A DNA stretch of 63,785 nt, counting the filler, from Sphacelaria rigidula (Eukaryota): NCBI GenBank assembly GCA_964200075.2. It is 6 parts of 6 records of this genome, joined end to end, with 100 filler letters (N's around TTAATTAATTAA, not from the genome) between each part and the next. Parts side by side here need not be neighbours in the genome. Positions count along the whole stretch, not along the records: positions 21,298 to 31,845 come from CAXNAA020006298.1; positions 31,946 to 42,492 come from CAXNAA020006299.1; 4 more parts are not named here. One strand, given 5' to 3'. The notes beneath the pieces were generated by a model that made no database searches, was not told the DNA's origin, and worked only from the letters and a program-made list of their open reading frames with translations. Position numbers and translations under genes: made by a program. Below, piece by piece: positions 27,585-40,400 of the stretch (position 1 is its first letter; every line of letters begins with the position of its first letter).

Positions 27585-27752
27585 CCCGTGTGCGCACTCT
27601 GGGCACTGATCCATGACGAACCCTTTGAAAGAACCCGTGATGGGGTTGCCGCCCGCACCCCTGCCTGTTCCCCTGCCCTCGATGCAGGCACCGCACATCA
27701 TCGATCCTTCGTACTGTGCCGCGTTGATTGCCAACGGGATCATACCGTCGTA
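27585..27752 (-). CDS. Expansin-like protein exon 2 (DPBB core)
   Basis: CAG acceptor, 168 nt, encodes YDGMIPLAINAAQYEGSMMCGACIEGRG...FVMDQCPECAHG (A.N...Y..S..CG.C and D.CP.C motifs). GTGAGT donor. Confidence 0.92.
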
Positions 27753-28058
27753 CTGTTTTGCAATCGAGCAGGCATGTGTCATGGCATGCAGGGGTGGAGG
27801 GGAGGGGAGGTCGGTAATCTGGCACGGGACTCGTGCCGTGTTCGCAAGTTCATCCATCAACTACAAAACTAGGTAGGTTTTGACGCGTCAACTCCGCACA
27901 GGGTACGCGTACAGAACCGTGTACTAAGTACAAAACGGGGTTGCGACCACTTACCTGCATTGTTCCACCGCGGCGGCAGTGTTTTCGTTCGAGTCTTCCG
28001 CTGGATTCGAGACTAGAGCTGGTAAGGCGACACTCATCGCCTCTTCATCAACATGAAA

Positions 28059-28201
28059 GAAGCTGAGGGGCAACGATAAACTATGTAGGCTTATCTCAAC
28101 AGGGAGGATCATGTCCTCAAAACGGGTGTGGAAGCTGAGGGGCAAGGATAAACTATGTAGGCTCATCTCAACACGAGGATCATGTCCTCAAAACGGGTGT
28201 G
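28059..28201. repeat. Tandem duplication (2 x 72 bp) in expansin intron 1
   Basis: GAAGCTGAGGGGCAA...CCTCAAAACGGGTGTG at 28059 and 28131 with few mismatches. Confidence 0.85.
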
Positions 28202-28644
28202 GTCAACGAGATGAAATATCATGTTGCGAAATCTGAACCGAAACTTCATCGCCACCCGCACCCCGCCGTCAACCAAAATTCATGCAAGATACACATGAGC
28301 TTCCTGGCAGATCCTCCGGCCTCTTGGCACCCCCGTTCCTCTCATTTTCCCGTTATCTTCTATACTATAAGTGGCGCATCCTGCAAGCTCCTCCACGGCA
28401 ACAACTGCGAACGCGGTCATCTCAAAACGATGCATCTCCGGTTTGTTCTTTTCCACCGGATCATGATGCGCATTAATTAACCCAGTCAGTGAGTGCAATC
28501 AGCAAGACCTGCCTGCTAAGTTTTGACTGCAGTATATCGACCCACTTAGACTATGCGCCCCTCCCTCGAGGCTCCCCATGTCACCCCACTGCCTCTGCAC
28601 GGGACCGCAGAACACAATCCGGCATACGAGACCACATAACTCAC

Positions 28645-28809
28645 CACAGAGAGGTCACCGCGCATCGCGCAGTTGCCGGAACCGATTGGGATATCTCCAT
28701 AGTACGTGCCTTCCCCCGTGAACGTTTGTCCGTACGGCGCAGCTGTTGCGGATGAGCACAGCACAGCGGCGGTGACAGTGCAGGCTGCGGTAGTTGCCGA
28801 GAACTTCAT
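28645..28809 (-). CDS. Expansin-like protein exon 1 (signal peptide and start of DPBB domain)
   Basis: ATG at 28809. MKFSATTAACTVTAAVLCSSATA signal-like peptide, then TFTGEGTYYG...GNC. GTGAGT donor, phase 0, 165 nt. Confidence 0.9.
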
Positions 28810-30669
28810 GACTGTTGATGTCGAGGAGTGTTGAAGTGTAATGTGAGATGTGGCAGGGATAGATGTAGTTGATGTGCGGTGTGAGAGGGTTGGGGGTGTT
28901 GGTGGGGCGGCTGAGAGGAACCCCTTGGATCGAACGATCACAATCACCTGAGCTTTTAGTAGTGGCTAGATACAGATGGATATCCAACGTTCAAAAATTG
29001 ATTGATCTTTACGAATCTTTCGATCCAACGTATCTCAGTTGAAATATCGTATGGTCGAACCGCAACTTATATCACATGTTCCTTCACTATGCCCGGCAGA
29101 ACTACTGTATTGGTTCTCAATTTCCAGCAAAAATGACATCTTTACTTCTTTTACGACTTCACCTCTTCACGGAGAAGGATTTGACTGTTGAGTAATCAGC
29201 GAGGGGTAGTGAACGTTGAACGTACTTTTCTTCGGAGCCGGACCAGCACAGAAGCGTTCCAAGCCGCTCACGAGAGAAGTTTTCCCGTGATCGAGAGGAC
29301 TTTCCGATGTTGCACCCGTCATGTGCATTTTGACAATCACTTGTTTCATCAAAATTTGAAATGATTCCATATTTTCGCCGATGACGAGAATTGCATCTCT
29401 TGTTTTCGGACTGGACGATGAACTACTGCTGTGATTGACTCCAATCAATATCTCATCAGGACAGTTTGTAGCATATCGCGAGGGCAACCGACTGTAAATA
29501 AGAACGATCACTCGTTGTAATGTATCACGTATTACGTATCAGTGCTATTCTTTTCCAATGATTCGGAGGCGATTGAGAACCTCCTCATTACATTTTACAC
29601 CGACTGCAGCCCCAGCCAGCTTGGACCCTTCGTGTTACACAACAGTTCAGTTGTAGTGTCAGTTGTGTTGAGGCCAGACATCGGCAGTGCAATTGTTGCC
29701 CGGCATTTTTCTTGTTGTTGCCGTTTTTTTTTAACGCCTCCACGAGTAGGTAGGGTGGATGATGGCAATGTCCGGATGTCGCATGGAGGATCCGTACGTG
29801 CTTTACATGTAGCAGCCGACCAAACAACATCGACATGGCGGTCATGAGGATGATTGAGTTGTGTTGGCATATAGACAGACAATATTCCCCGCAAATTGCG
29901 ACGGTTCCACGTATATCTGCAAGGACGTCTATCTGCAACGAATAGTTGCAAAATCTGTGTGTCCTAAGCGCTGGTTCACGCTTATTATCTAAAATTAATT
30001 GTGTCATCAGCAAATAATGCCTTCCGCAATACCTACCCAATTGTCGCATGATATCATACTGACCACCATGAACAGCTGAAGAGCGTGACATAGCCGGATT
30101 TGTGTTTAGGATCATACTGGTAGCGCTGAGGGCGAAAAGGTACTTCGACCAATCAGCGCCGTTCAAACTGTTCTGAGATTGAAAACACGAACTCCAAGCC
30201 CAATTTCCACCGAATCTCCATGCTCCAAATCATAGGAATCACCATCAGCTCGGAAATCCATTAGAAAAAAACATATTTTTGAAAACGGTTACAACGGGGT
30301 CGAGTAATTATACCCGAAACCGTCATCTTTCGGTAATAATGTGGAGTCTCGGCGACCTCTACGAGTTGGGCCAGCCCAGACAGAAGCGGATTTGTAGTTT
30401 GCAGGCCTATTCGCAATTTTCTACTCCTGAATATAGATTTTTGGTATAGACAATCAACACGGCATGTTTTTTATTGTGTGTGTCGGGTCCCAAACTTTTC
30501 TTTGGTGAGTTAATTAAGGGCATTTCACTAAAACTTTGAAACTGATGATTGCCCTTAACTGATGAAAAAACACTGTGGGGCCCGGCACATATTTTTTTTA
30601 TGCTCTATTTATTGTCCATACCAAATTTCAATTTCCAACTCTAAAGCCGAGTCAAATGAAAACCGTTTT

Positions 30670-31160
30670 AAAAATTCCTGCTTAAAACTGCCTTTTCGGT
30701 CCTTCTCCGTCGTTTCACGCCCGAAAACAGGGCTGGGCGGATGTTGACGCCTCGGAATGGCTTGCTCTATGAATTAAGGCCGTTCCAGGGCAACACAGGG
30801 CTGGGCGGATGTTGACGCCTCGGAATGGCTTGCTCTATGAATTAAGGCCGTTCCAGGGCAACCTTGCATTTCCCGCTGCCCGCACTTTCATTTTTGACCA
30901 AACACGGATTTCCAAGGAAAAACGGTCAAGCGATCAGAAAAAAAGGAGAAATTTTGATCACCTGACTGTTTTTTACTGAAAATCCGTGCCTCGCCTCATT
31001 TGGCCAGAGACAAAAGTGCGGCCAGCGGGAAATGCAAAGTTGCCCTAGAGCGGCCTCAACGAAGAGTAAGTCATTCCAAGGCGTCAACATCCGCTTAGCC
31101 CTCTTTTCGGGGGTAAATCGACGGAGAAGGGCCAAAAAAGCAGTTTTGAACAGGAGTTAG
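30670..31160. mobile_element. Foldback (long palindromic) non-autonomous element with internal 68-bp perfect tandem duplication
   Basis: AAAACTGCCTTTTCGGTCCTTCTCCGTCG... on the left is reverse-complementary to ...CGACGGAGAAGGGCCAAAAAAGCAGTTTT on the right; centre ~30945. 30727-30794 is repeated exactly at 30795-30862. Confidence 0.75.
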
Positions 31161-32571
31161 TTTTGAACGGCTGCCATTACAGTTGGCTTAAGTGTGTGAA
31201 AAATTAATTGCGAAATCGCCTTTTGAAAACCGGGCCGGTGGAATTTCGCAACAGCATTTTGCAGGCCGTGTACCGGCCAACGTTTGTTTGGTGTTTGTGT
31301 TTTGAAACTTTGTGCGGAACCTCGCTAGGTCATGATGAACCAAGAAAAATTGATCAGGTTGGTTTTGATCTATTTTTTTCGCTGGCTTAGAGCGTTTTGG
31401 TATGGTAACGGCCATTTTTTTACGAGAACGCCCGAACCTCTCTCCTCCCCAAAAATTGAAGAGTGATGCTACGGTAGGGGTGCACAAATATTTTCTGAGA
31501 TTGGAATTATTAGGAGCCCTCTATCTCATGTAAAACACGACCTATGAAAAGATATGAAAGTACGCCAGGATTACTACTCCAATGTGCTGGGGATATCCCG
31601 ACTGAATTTGCAAACGTGGTTGCCCTGACCCATATTTTTGTGCATGTCGAATAATTAGGAGCCCCCGAACTAGACATAATTTCGCGAAAAAAGTGCACCC
31701 CCACCACCGTAGCATTGCTCTGAAGGCCCATTATTTTGTATTCAGCGTACCTCTAACAGTGTTTTCGTGAGATTGAGAGTTAGATGATACGATTGGGAGT
31801 GAAAAGCGGTCAATCAGTGAATGAATATTTTCAGTTCCGAAATGCNNNNNNNNNNNNNNNNNNNNNNNNNNNNNNNNNNNNNNNNNNNNTTAATTAATTA
31901 ANNNNNNNNNNNNNNNNNNNNNNNNNNNNNNNNNNNNNNNNNNNNGCTCCGTCCCGGTGTTGTAGGGATGCGCGGTCAACGGTCTCATGACTATGGCATG
32001 CATGATCATGAGTACACCCCTCTCTTCTTCTGAGTGTTCTTCTCTTTCCTGGTCACGGTCACTCGGTGGTGACTGTTGTTGTTGTTGTTAGTGCGCTAGT
32101 GCTAGTGTTATTGTTGATGTCAGTGTTGACCCCCCCCTCCCGCAACCCCTGCGTCCCGCAGTACCTTTAACCATTCCCAGCATTGAAGGCGCCATGTAGA
32201 CCAATTGAGCCGGCTGCTCCATCTTGGAACACAGGAATCGCCATCGAAACGATACGGATGGATACCACGAATGGTTTGTATGATACACCTGACTTTATTA
32301 TGTGGTGATGTGCCGAGGAGGACCGCTTATCACCATTCGAGTAGGGCTGCTATATTCGATTCAATTCAGTAAGAATGAACAACTGGACCCGGTCGGCCCT
32401 TGATCAAAAGCCGCCGCTACTCGTAGAATACAGGTGGTGCTTCTTGTAACACCCCAGCCAGATACTGGGTTTTTGGTCCTGAGCAAGACGTACGCACGCG
32501 CAGACACATATGCACAACACGCGCATAGCCACGTTGCCTCCCGACTCGCGTGTACACTCCGTCTCCCTCAG

Positions 32572-32841
32572 GTCGACAAGTGCCCCGTGTGCCGGTCAGC
32601 CTTCGACAATTATATCGTCATTCAGAACGCGACCCCACCTACTCTTGAGCCGACCGTTGTATCTGCTTCCAGCACAGCAGTTGCTGTTGTGGGCGCGGCC
32701 ACAGGTGGCGGCGGCGACGGTAGCTCCAGTCGTACTGGCGCTGGCCGCGGAGGCCAGGGCGCTGGCGCCGGCGTGGGGGTGTCTGCGGCGGAACCTCGAC
32801 CAAGGGGCGGTGGAATTTTTGCCGTTTCGCGACGAAGATGA
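32572..32841 (+). CDS. Terminal exon of a RING-HC (C3HC4) finger protein, putative E3 ubiquitin ligase
   Basis: Pyrimidine tract + CAG acceptor, encodes VDKCPVCRSAFDNYIVI (final CPxCR pair of a RING-HC finger), then an Ala/Gly-rich low-complexity tail and TGA. Upstream exons not found; gap at 31846. Confidence 0.75.
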   Translation, partial: VDKCPVCRSAFDNYIVIQNATPPTLEPTVVSASSTAVAVVGAATGGGGDGSSSRTGAGRGGQGAGAGVGVSAAEPRPRGGGIFAVSRRR

Positions 32842-32956
32842 CGGGTTGTCGCCGGGCGGGGGTGGCGGCTGGTGGCTGAGAGAGCGGCCGCGCTATACTG
32901 GAAAGAATATTATTAAATATACGCGATTCAAGTGGATCGAGCTGCTTCATTGATTG

Positions 32957-32991
<35 letters not shown>

Positions 32992-35254
32992 ATGGGAGCC
33001 TACAGCGAGGACAACCACCATACCATATCATACTGTACCGTTCACTTCTTTTAGTGACGTATCAAAATTAGTGTAGGTTTTATTGATTGATGGCAAACAT
33101 CTGCCGGTGTAAACGTGATTGATGAATGTATAGCGGCCAACGGCAGTAACAACGACCATGCCCATTCCATCCCAATTGAGCGAAGTATTACAAAATGATG
33201 TAAGCCTGATGAATGGTAGCAATGGGAACCGCCGGAGGTCGGGAAGAAAGCCTTGGACGAAGAAACTATTGAATCTTCGATGAGGAAAGCATTTTTTTAC
33301 GCCATGTCTTGGGTCAGTCAACAGCCTTTATGTAACACTTGTGAAAACTATGGAGCTTGATTACGGAAGCATTCGCACGTTAGCATGAAGTGACAGTAAG
33401 TCCGCAACTGGCATGAAAAGTGAACATTTTTTTCCTCGTCCCGAAAGGGCCACGTTACATACATCCGATCACCACAGGAGAAAAATATCCCACAACGTGT
33501 ACCATTTCTAGCTACGTTAACGTTTCATGATTGCTTGTCTGTTTGTCTTGGCTTGTCTGTTGGTCTTGGCTTGTCTGTCTGTCCGATTTTGGTTTCGATT
33601 TTGATTTTTTTGCGCTGGGTTATCCCGTTGAATCGTTCCTCCCCCCTGTGCATGTCACCCATACAGATGTTGACGATCTATGTGTTGGCCCGCGTATAAT
33701 TATCCTATACTTTTTCACGCGTGAAGGAGGATGCTTGAACTACTTCGAGATGTGTAGGGGTCTTTGGTTTGCGTTTTGTATCGCGTGGGCGCCGGCACCG
33801 GGACGGTTGAAGGGAAAAGCGTCGACATTTGGTCGGTTTTGTCCCAAGACTGACTGTGGTCGTACTGATGCATGTGGAAATCGTAGACACGGGCCTCGGC
33901 ACTCAAGATCACCGTAGGCGCTACACGCGTGGTATCAGCCGGTGCAAGGAAAAACCTGGCTTCGATTCTCGCCGACAAGAGGCCTTGCACTTCGATGGAA
34001 TCCTCTCTTCCGAACGGTATGGAGTTATTTCAACGGTACGAAATGTGTTGATCGCGGTTGACGAGTAAGTCGAGGTTGAGTGTTCCGATTGACCCCGATC
34101 ACAGTGTCCGTACTCTGACCTCCGGTAGGCGAGGGGGTTGATGCGAAAGCCGAGGAATGTGCGAACGTTGTACATTTTCGTGGCACGGGGCAACGAGTAG
34201 CCACAGCAACTCCGCTGTTGTGTGTAGATTTATGACTGTGAGTGCTTCTGCTTCGTTGTTGAGGTCGTTACCATTCGTTTCTCGTTGGCGGGCCTGTACA
34301 ACAGCCTTAACGGGGAGGAGTTGCCCCCCGTGACCCAGCACGTCCGCTTTCGTGTGTTCTTTGCACGACACGTACGCACCGCCGCCGGGTATGTAGAGAT
34401 TGTGCCAGAAAACGTTTAATTCGTCGGTCTTCGAGTGCCCTTTTCTGTGGATTTCGTTGTGTCGGTTGGTTCTGTTTGGGTTTAGATATTGATGAGTTTG
34501 AGTTCCCTTTCTCTTCCTCTCTGACATGTTTCGCTGCTCTTGTGTCTTTGTGTTGAGTGTTTTTATCTGTTTTCTCAGTCTGTGACGTTGACTTTTTACA
34601 CTATAAATACTATGATAAGGTACATCTTCCACCTGTATTTCTTTAGTAGAAGAGCGTCATTGCTGCGCGAAGTTGTCACGTACCCAACCCGAATTTATTG
34701 CACGTCCTGGTTTTCTTGCAATACGAGGTACCGAAAGGAAGTAGTTCACACAATGAGCACCTTCCTGTTGACTGCGTTCCGTTGTCTTTTGTTTATAAGT
34801 ATGTAATCTAATATGAGTGTTCCGTTGGAACTCCCTTTTCTGCTCGCTGTAGACGTTTCTTCGGCCCCCTTCCACGCCAACCGTGACCTCACATACCCCG
34901 TCTTTTCATTGCCTGATTTTATGCACGTTTTGAGACTTGGGTGAAAACAATGCAATTTTTTTGAGTCAAGGGTTTGTTATAAAGGGCGTCTAGGACATGT
35001 TCAGCATTGTCAAAGAATTGTATGCCAATCGTGGCATTGCTCCCGTTGCGACGGGGGTGCAGGGGAAGGCCGGGATCGAGCTTGGTTGTCGTTCGAAAGG
35101 CGACATAAGTCGTGATGACACATCTTGTCCCGCTTGCTGCCCCCGACGGGACGAATCTATCGCCTGCTCTCTTGAGAGGTTTGACGACCATGTTGGAAAT
35201 TTTTTTTCAGCTTGATTAACACGGGGCTTCACAAATTGGGGATGGATCTTTCAT

Positions 35255-35605
35255 TGGGAATGAGAAACCCGGATAGTTGAAATCTTCGTATGCGCACCAA
35301 ATCTCCGAAATATGGTTCCATTTCTTCATCTTCTGACGGCTATTGACGACTGCTGCACGCCATAGAAATTTGGATTTTTTATCACCGGAATGTTGGGGTC
35401 CCACGTGAAGAACCAACTTCTGAACCATTTTGGCGTCCGTTCGGACACCCGAAATTCCCCACAATTGGTTTTACACCTAGGATCGAAATCCAAATTTTTA
35501 TGGCGTGTAGCAGTTGTCAGTAGTTATCAGTAGTAGGTGAAGAAATGGAACCGTATTTCGAAGATTTGGTGTGGGTACGAAGATTTTAATTTTCCGGGCT
35601 TCTTA
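35255..35605. mobile_element. Long-TIR palindromic MITE; related arms at ~43935-44145 and ~45060-45220
   Basis: CCCGGA...ATCTTCGTA..CACCAAATCT.CGAAATATGGTTCCATTTCTTCA...CACGCCATA.AAATTTGGATTT is mirrored on the right arm. Confidence 0.72.
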
Positions 35606-36390
35606 TACCCAATTCGTAAGATCCCGTGTTGACTCCGTTTTTTATATTTGTATTTTATTCGTGGTTTGGCGAGCGTATCCGCCTGCTGACCTATCGTACG
35701 TCTGTCTTGTGACCGCGGCTCAATCCATCGGGGATCAGTCAACGGACGACGACTTATCAATGAACCGACCATATCCGTTTCGAACTCAGCTCATCTCGCG
35801 CGAACAGCTCGCGCTTCTGTTTACTTTCTCTTCTGTGCTCAGGACCATTCTTCACGATGAGGTGTACACCTACAGTAGTTTTCGCCCCACTTGCACTATC
35901 ACGTGATGTGATGATGCAGAGACGAAACTGCTATCAGTGAGCAAGGCTGTACTGAGCTAAAGCATATCGCTGTGGCCCAGGCGTTCTGAGGGCCCATGAC
36001 CTCGTCCTCGTCACCGCGCCGCCCGTCCATATCGCTGTCACTACGGTGCATGCCGTCGACGGCTATGACGTTTGAGGGACCCTTCGCTCTCCTCACGACT
36101 GTGCACAGCCAGTGAATACCGCCTTCAGACTGGAATCGAGCTTGGTGAATGACCAATCTTCCGTTCACCGTAGGCTCCTGAATCGCATGAATTACACATC
36201 ACGAAAGGTCAAACATATCTCGACAACGACGCGATAGAGAGAGGCTAATTCCTCGATGCTGGTATCATCGTCGAAGGCACGCTTCACAATAGCGCATCTG
36301 TCCGAAGCACTGGACGTGGTTCTTGTGCATCTTGTCCGATTGTTCGACGTCAAGGTATACATCAACTATAGCAGGCGCGAGGGATACCTT

Positions 36391-37135
36391 CGAAAGGAAG
36401 CGGCGCCCTGATATAGGCTGTCGCTTACATCAAAGAGACACGTTCACGTCAGCCGTCTGATGTTTTTTGTGAAAGTGCTCGGTCGTCTCAGCCGTGGTAC
36501 CTTAACAACTGTCGAATCAACTCTTCTTACTCGCAGTCGTGGCACCTTCACGGTCTGCCATCTGTGCCGTACGACGGGCCAGCTCTGGCCAGCCGTTGCG
36601 CACGGTGTGCATACACGCACGATTTGCGCGGCGCGTGTTAGATCGGTAGATACGGGACCACGGAGTTCCGCGTCTCGGCGGTCTGCTCAGCTCAACCAAA
36701 ACATGTCGGTCATACAACATTAGGCAGCAGGTAGGGGGAGTGGAGCCGTTGGGATAGAAGGGGGGGGGCGGGAAAAACAGAAAAAAAGAAAAAAAAACAT
36801 GCACCAGGCGTCGATCGTATTTCCACGAGAACCAAGTCGATATGAAGCAGACACACCATATACCTTTCAAAGCAAACGTTGACGTACGTCCAGCAGATCA
36901 GCCGGGGAAAACACCGAACACGAAGATGTACAACCGGCGTCGATCGAGTTCCCACGAGCAAGCACCAAGCCAACGCAAAGTAGGCACGCGGGATTCCGTC
37001 GAAAGGAAGCGGCGCCCTGATACAGGCTGTCGCTCACGTCATAGAGACACACGTTCACGTCAGCTGTTCGATGTTCTTTGTGAAAGCGCTCGGTCGTCTC
37101 AGCCGTGGTACCTGAACAACTTTGGAATCAACTCT
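36391..37135. repeat. Pair of ~135-bp direct repeats about 610 bp apart
   Basis: CGAAAGGAAGCGGCGCCCTGATA...CTCAGCCGTGGTACCT.AACAACT...AATCAACTCT at 36391-36525 and 37000-37135. Confidence 0.85.
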
Positions 37136-37482
37136 TTGTTCGTGTGAACGCGTACACTGAATGAACATGCACATGTGCGGATAGATTATTGCGCACATGT
37201 GCGGGTACTGGTAGTCGAGTGTGTGTGACTACAGTACCTCGCCCGGGCTGGCAACCACGCTACCACCTGGGCCCACTCAACATATGATCCCTCTGTCATA
37301 GGGTAGACTCTGTCTAGGCCGGGGGCGCAGAAAACAACGGCGTCCTCGATAGTGAAGGCTCCCATAGTCAACAGGGGGAATTCAACATAAATAGAACGGT
37401 GGAGCGACGCGGTGCTGGAGTTCGAAGAGATCGACGGTTCATCGGGGGCCAAGCTGTTCCAGAGGGCGGAGCGCGCGACGCA

Positions 37483-40400
37483 ATGGACAACGAGGCCACC
37501 AGTGACGAAGCTAGGGGCTTTGTCCCCACACGTGAGTTAATCTAAATGAACGATGCAAGTGGAAATGTGTCTGGGGTTCCCGCTTTTCGACAGAACGTCC
37601 CAAAATTTTCAGGGAAGGGCGCTGATTATGCTCGGTACAGGCATGAACTGGTCAACTTCGCAAGGAGCGAAGGAATTGACTGGGTGTTCACCATGGCCGG
37701 CGATAGTTCTCACGATGTAAATGTCGGTAATCCTGAAATAGAAATGGGGTATCTGGAGAGTAGACATGGGAAGGACACAGTGACAGCCAACGTAACGGCC
37801 AGACGAATGCTTGTAGCTAGTTTAAAAGGAAGGAGAGAGCAAGATATTTTGCTCAGAATCCACTCACCTGCTGCGGTTTGGAGAAAACTCGAGGATGTCT
37901 TTCGCCCCAAAACAAATGGGGCGAGAACCGCGTTGTTGGAAAAGTTCGATGGAGTCAAGATTGGTGTCCGTGATGATCCAGAGCAGAAGCTGCTCGAGAT
38001 GGAGGAAATTGCACGTAACCTGAATTGATACGAGGAGCATGAACGACTAAGCAAAATCCACATTCTCTTGAAATTCCTCAACGCGTTGCCCTTCGAGTAT
38101 CACATCCAGAAGCAACTGCTCGAGGATCGAGAGGGACCGCTGACACGGGAGGTTGTGTTGGCTTCGATCCGAAAGCGCTTCGAACCAATATTTTTGAAGC
38201 AGGAACTTGCCCGGGGAAGGAAGTCATCTCCGGGCGACCAGGCTCTCCTTGCCAGGGGTTGGACCGGAAAACCGAGCGGTGCGCACCGCAAGGGAAAACC
38301 GGGAAAACCCCAGGGCTTTGGTCAGAAAAACGGCGGGAGCCAGAGTTCAAGTAGCTCTGGGTCGGCATCGTCGGACGGCAAACCGGCGACTGGGCAGCTG
38401 CTCCGCTGCCACGTTTGCGACGAGAACACGACGCATCGAGCCAGGAACTGCCAGAAGAGATATTGCGGGTGGTGCGGTCAGCGGGGGCACACGTTCTGGG
38501 TCTGTCCGAGATCGACAACGAAGAAAGAAGACGCAGCGATGGCGATGGGCGCGGCCGACGACAGCAACAGCTCCTCCGTCTGTTCGGTGGCGGATGGGGA
38601 GGCTTTCACCTCTCTTGATATCACCATCAACGGCGACACAGGCGAGTATGCATTGAGTGTTGAGCGAGGGGGTGATAGTCAGCAGGGTGAGGGCGAACCG
38701 TGGGTATTTGACACGGGGGCTACCCAGCATTTCTCCCACGATTCCCATGGGATGACGGAGTACAGAGAGTGCAAGGGTAGGGTACTACGGTGCGCGGGAG
38801 GTAGTACTTACCCGATCGTAGGCAGGGGAAACTTGTCTCTTGCTTTCAGATTTGACGGACAGGATGTAACCCTAAAACAAGTGGATGTTGACAATATACC
38901 TGGTGTCCGATATCACCTCTTGTCACTCACGAGGGTCCAACACATAGGACACACCTACACTGGTTTTCGTACAGGTTTCAGGGTAGATCTCAATTCAGGA
39001 AATGCACTGATGATACCCGGACAACCACGTCAACTCAGAATGTACGCCCGTCGCCTCGATCAAAGTGGTAGTGACAAGTGTGTTTCGGCATATGCTGCCA
39101 TTGCCCCGGGGGCACCGCCTAGCCCCCAGACCGCTGACATCAACGAGTTCCACTGTTCCCACGCTCACGTCCACAAGGATTTACTGAGGAAGATGGCGAA
39201 GCAGCAGGGAAAGCAGCTGGCTGGGGAGCTGCAGCCATGCCGCGGCTGCTCAGAGGCGAAGGGACTGCGGGCACCGATTCCAAGATCGACGCACACGAGA
39301 GCAGCTAAGTCAGCGTCTACGGTGTTTCTAGATCTTTCCGGGCCGAAACCAGTCGAGCCTAACGGGGGAACGTCGTACACGATGATTATCCGAGATGATC
39401 ACTCGCGGCACATAAAGCTGTATTTCCTCCGTAAGAAGGATGAGGCAGAGAGATACTTGGCGAAATGCATTACATGGATCTCTCCGAGAAAAATTGAGAT
39501 GGTCCGTAGCGATGACGGGGGTGAATTTTCGGAGGGTGCATTTGGTGAACTGTGCGACAGGGAAAAGATCAAGCAGGAAAAGACAACTGCCGACTCAACC
39601 CAGTTCAATGGTGTTGCAGAGCGAGCGTTAGGTATAATCGAAACAGCAGGCCTTACGGCCAAACTCCAAGCATCTGAGCTATACCCCGACGCGCGCATCC
39701 CAAATGGTGACAGCCTGTGGGCTGAACAGGCGAACTGTGCGTGTCACGCCCTGAACTGTACCGCTACCTCGGCTAACTCGCACCACAAATCACCGCATGA
39801 TATGTGGTATGGATCACCACCGGAAGGCGATCTCATTCCGTTCTTGAAGCCTGGTTTTTGTAGGAGGAAGCGGACAAATAAATTACAGTCGAAGGCTGAA
39901 AAATGCTGGTACTTGAGCCCAGCCGAGGACTACCCACGTGACGCGATGCGAGTTCTGACTGTACGAGGAACTATCTCCGTGACAAGACATGTAACATGGG
40001 CATGTACGTCCGCTGCCGCCCCCCGCAGACTACAGCAAGCGATCCAGACGCCGGGCGAGCTGAAGGATTCCAGCGTCGATCAAGGCCAGGATGTGGATGA
40101 AGACATGACGGAAAGCTCGGCAGTGGACACTTCGCCCAGCGGTTCCTCAAGGGCGCCGTCTTCCCCGCCGAGTTCCGTTGGTGGGAGGGGCGGAGCAGCA
40201 CCGCAGATCCCCGTCACTAGTGGAGGGGGCGAAGTGCCTTCACCGTCCCCGCGAGGGGGGGGGAAGGCGGGGTGAGACCAGAGACCCCCGTTCCAGATTT
40301 TGTCAACGGAGGGTGTGAGGTCGGGCCGGAATCATCATCATGATCATCAACGCCAAAATCAGCGCAGACGCCGATACCTACGCCGACGCAGACACCAGCG

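Noticed and set aside
27955-28018. Cryptic exon in expansin intron 1 with a strong CAG|GTAAGT donor
   Set aside because: Candidate lengths (64, 58, 46 nt) break the frame, and exon 1 joins exon 2 cleanly without it.
29588-30166. 192-aa minus-strand ORF upstream of the expansin gene
   Set aside because: No ATG start, recognisable motif or splice support; cannot be called from sequence alone.
32434-32445. CAG|GTGGTGCTTCTT (VVLL) as an upstream RING exon
   Set aside because: Not followed by the required PCxH-x-C-x2-C residues; no credible exon.
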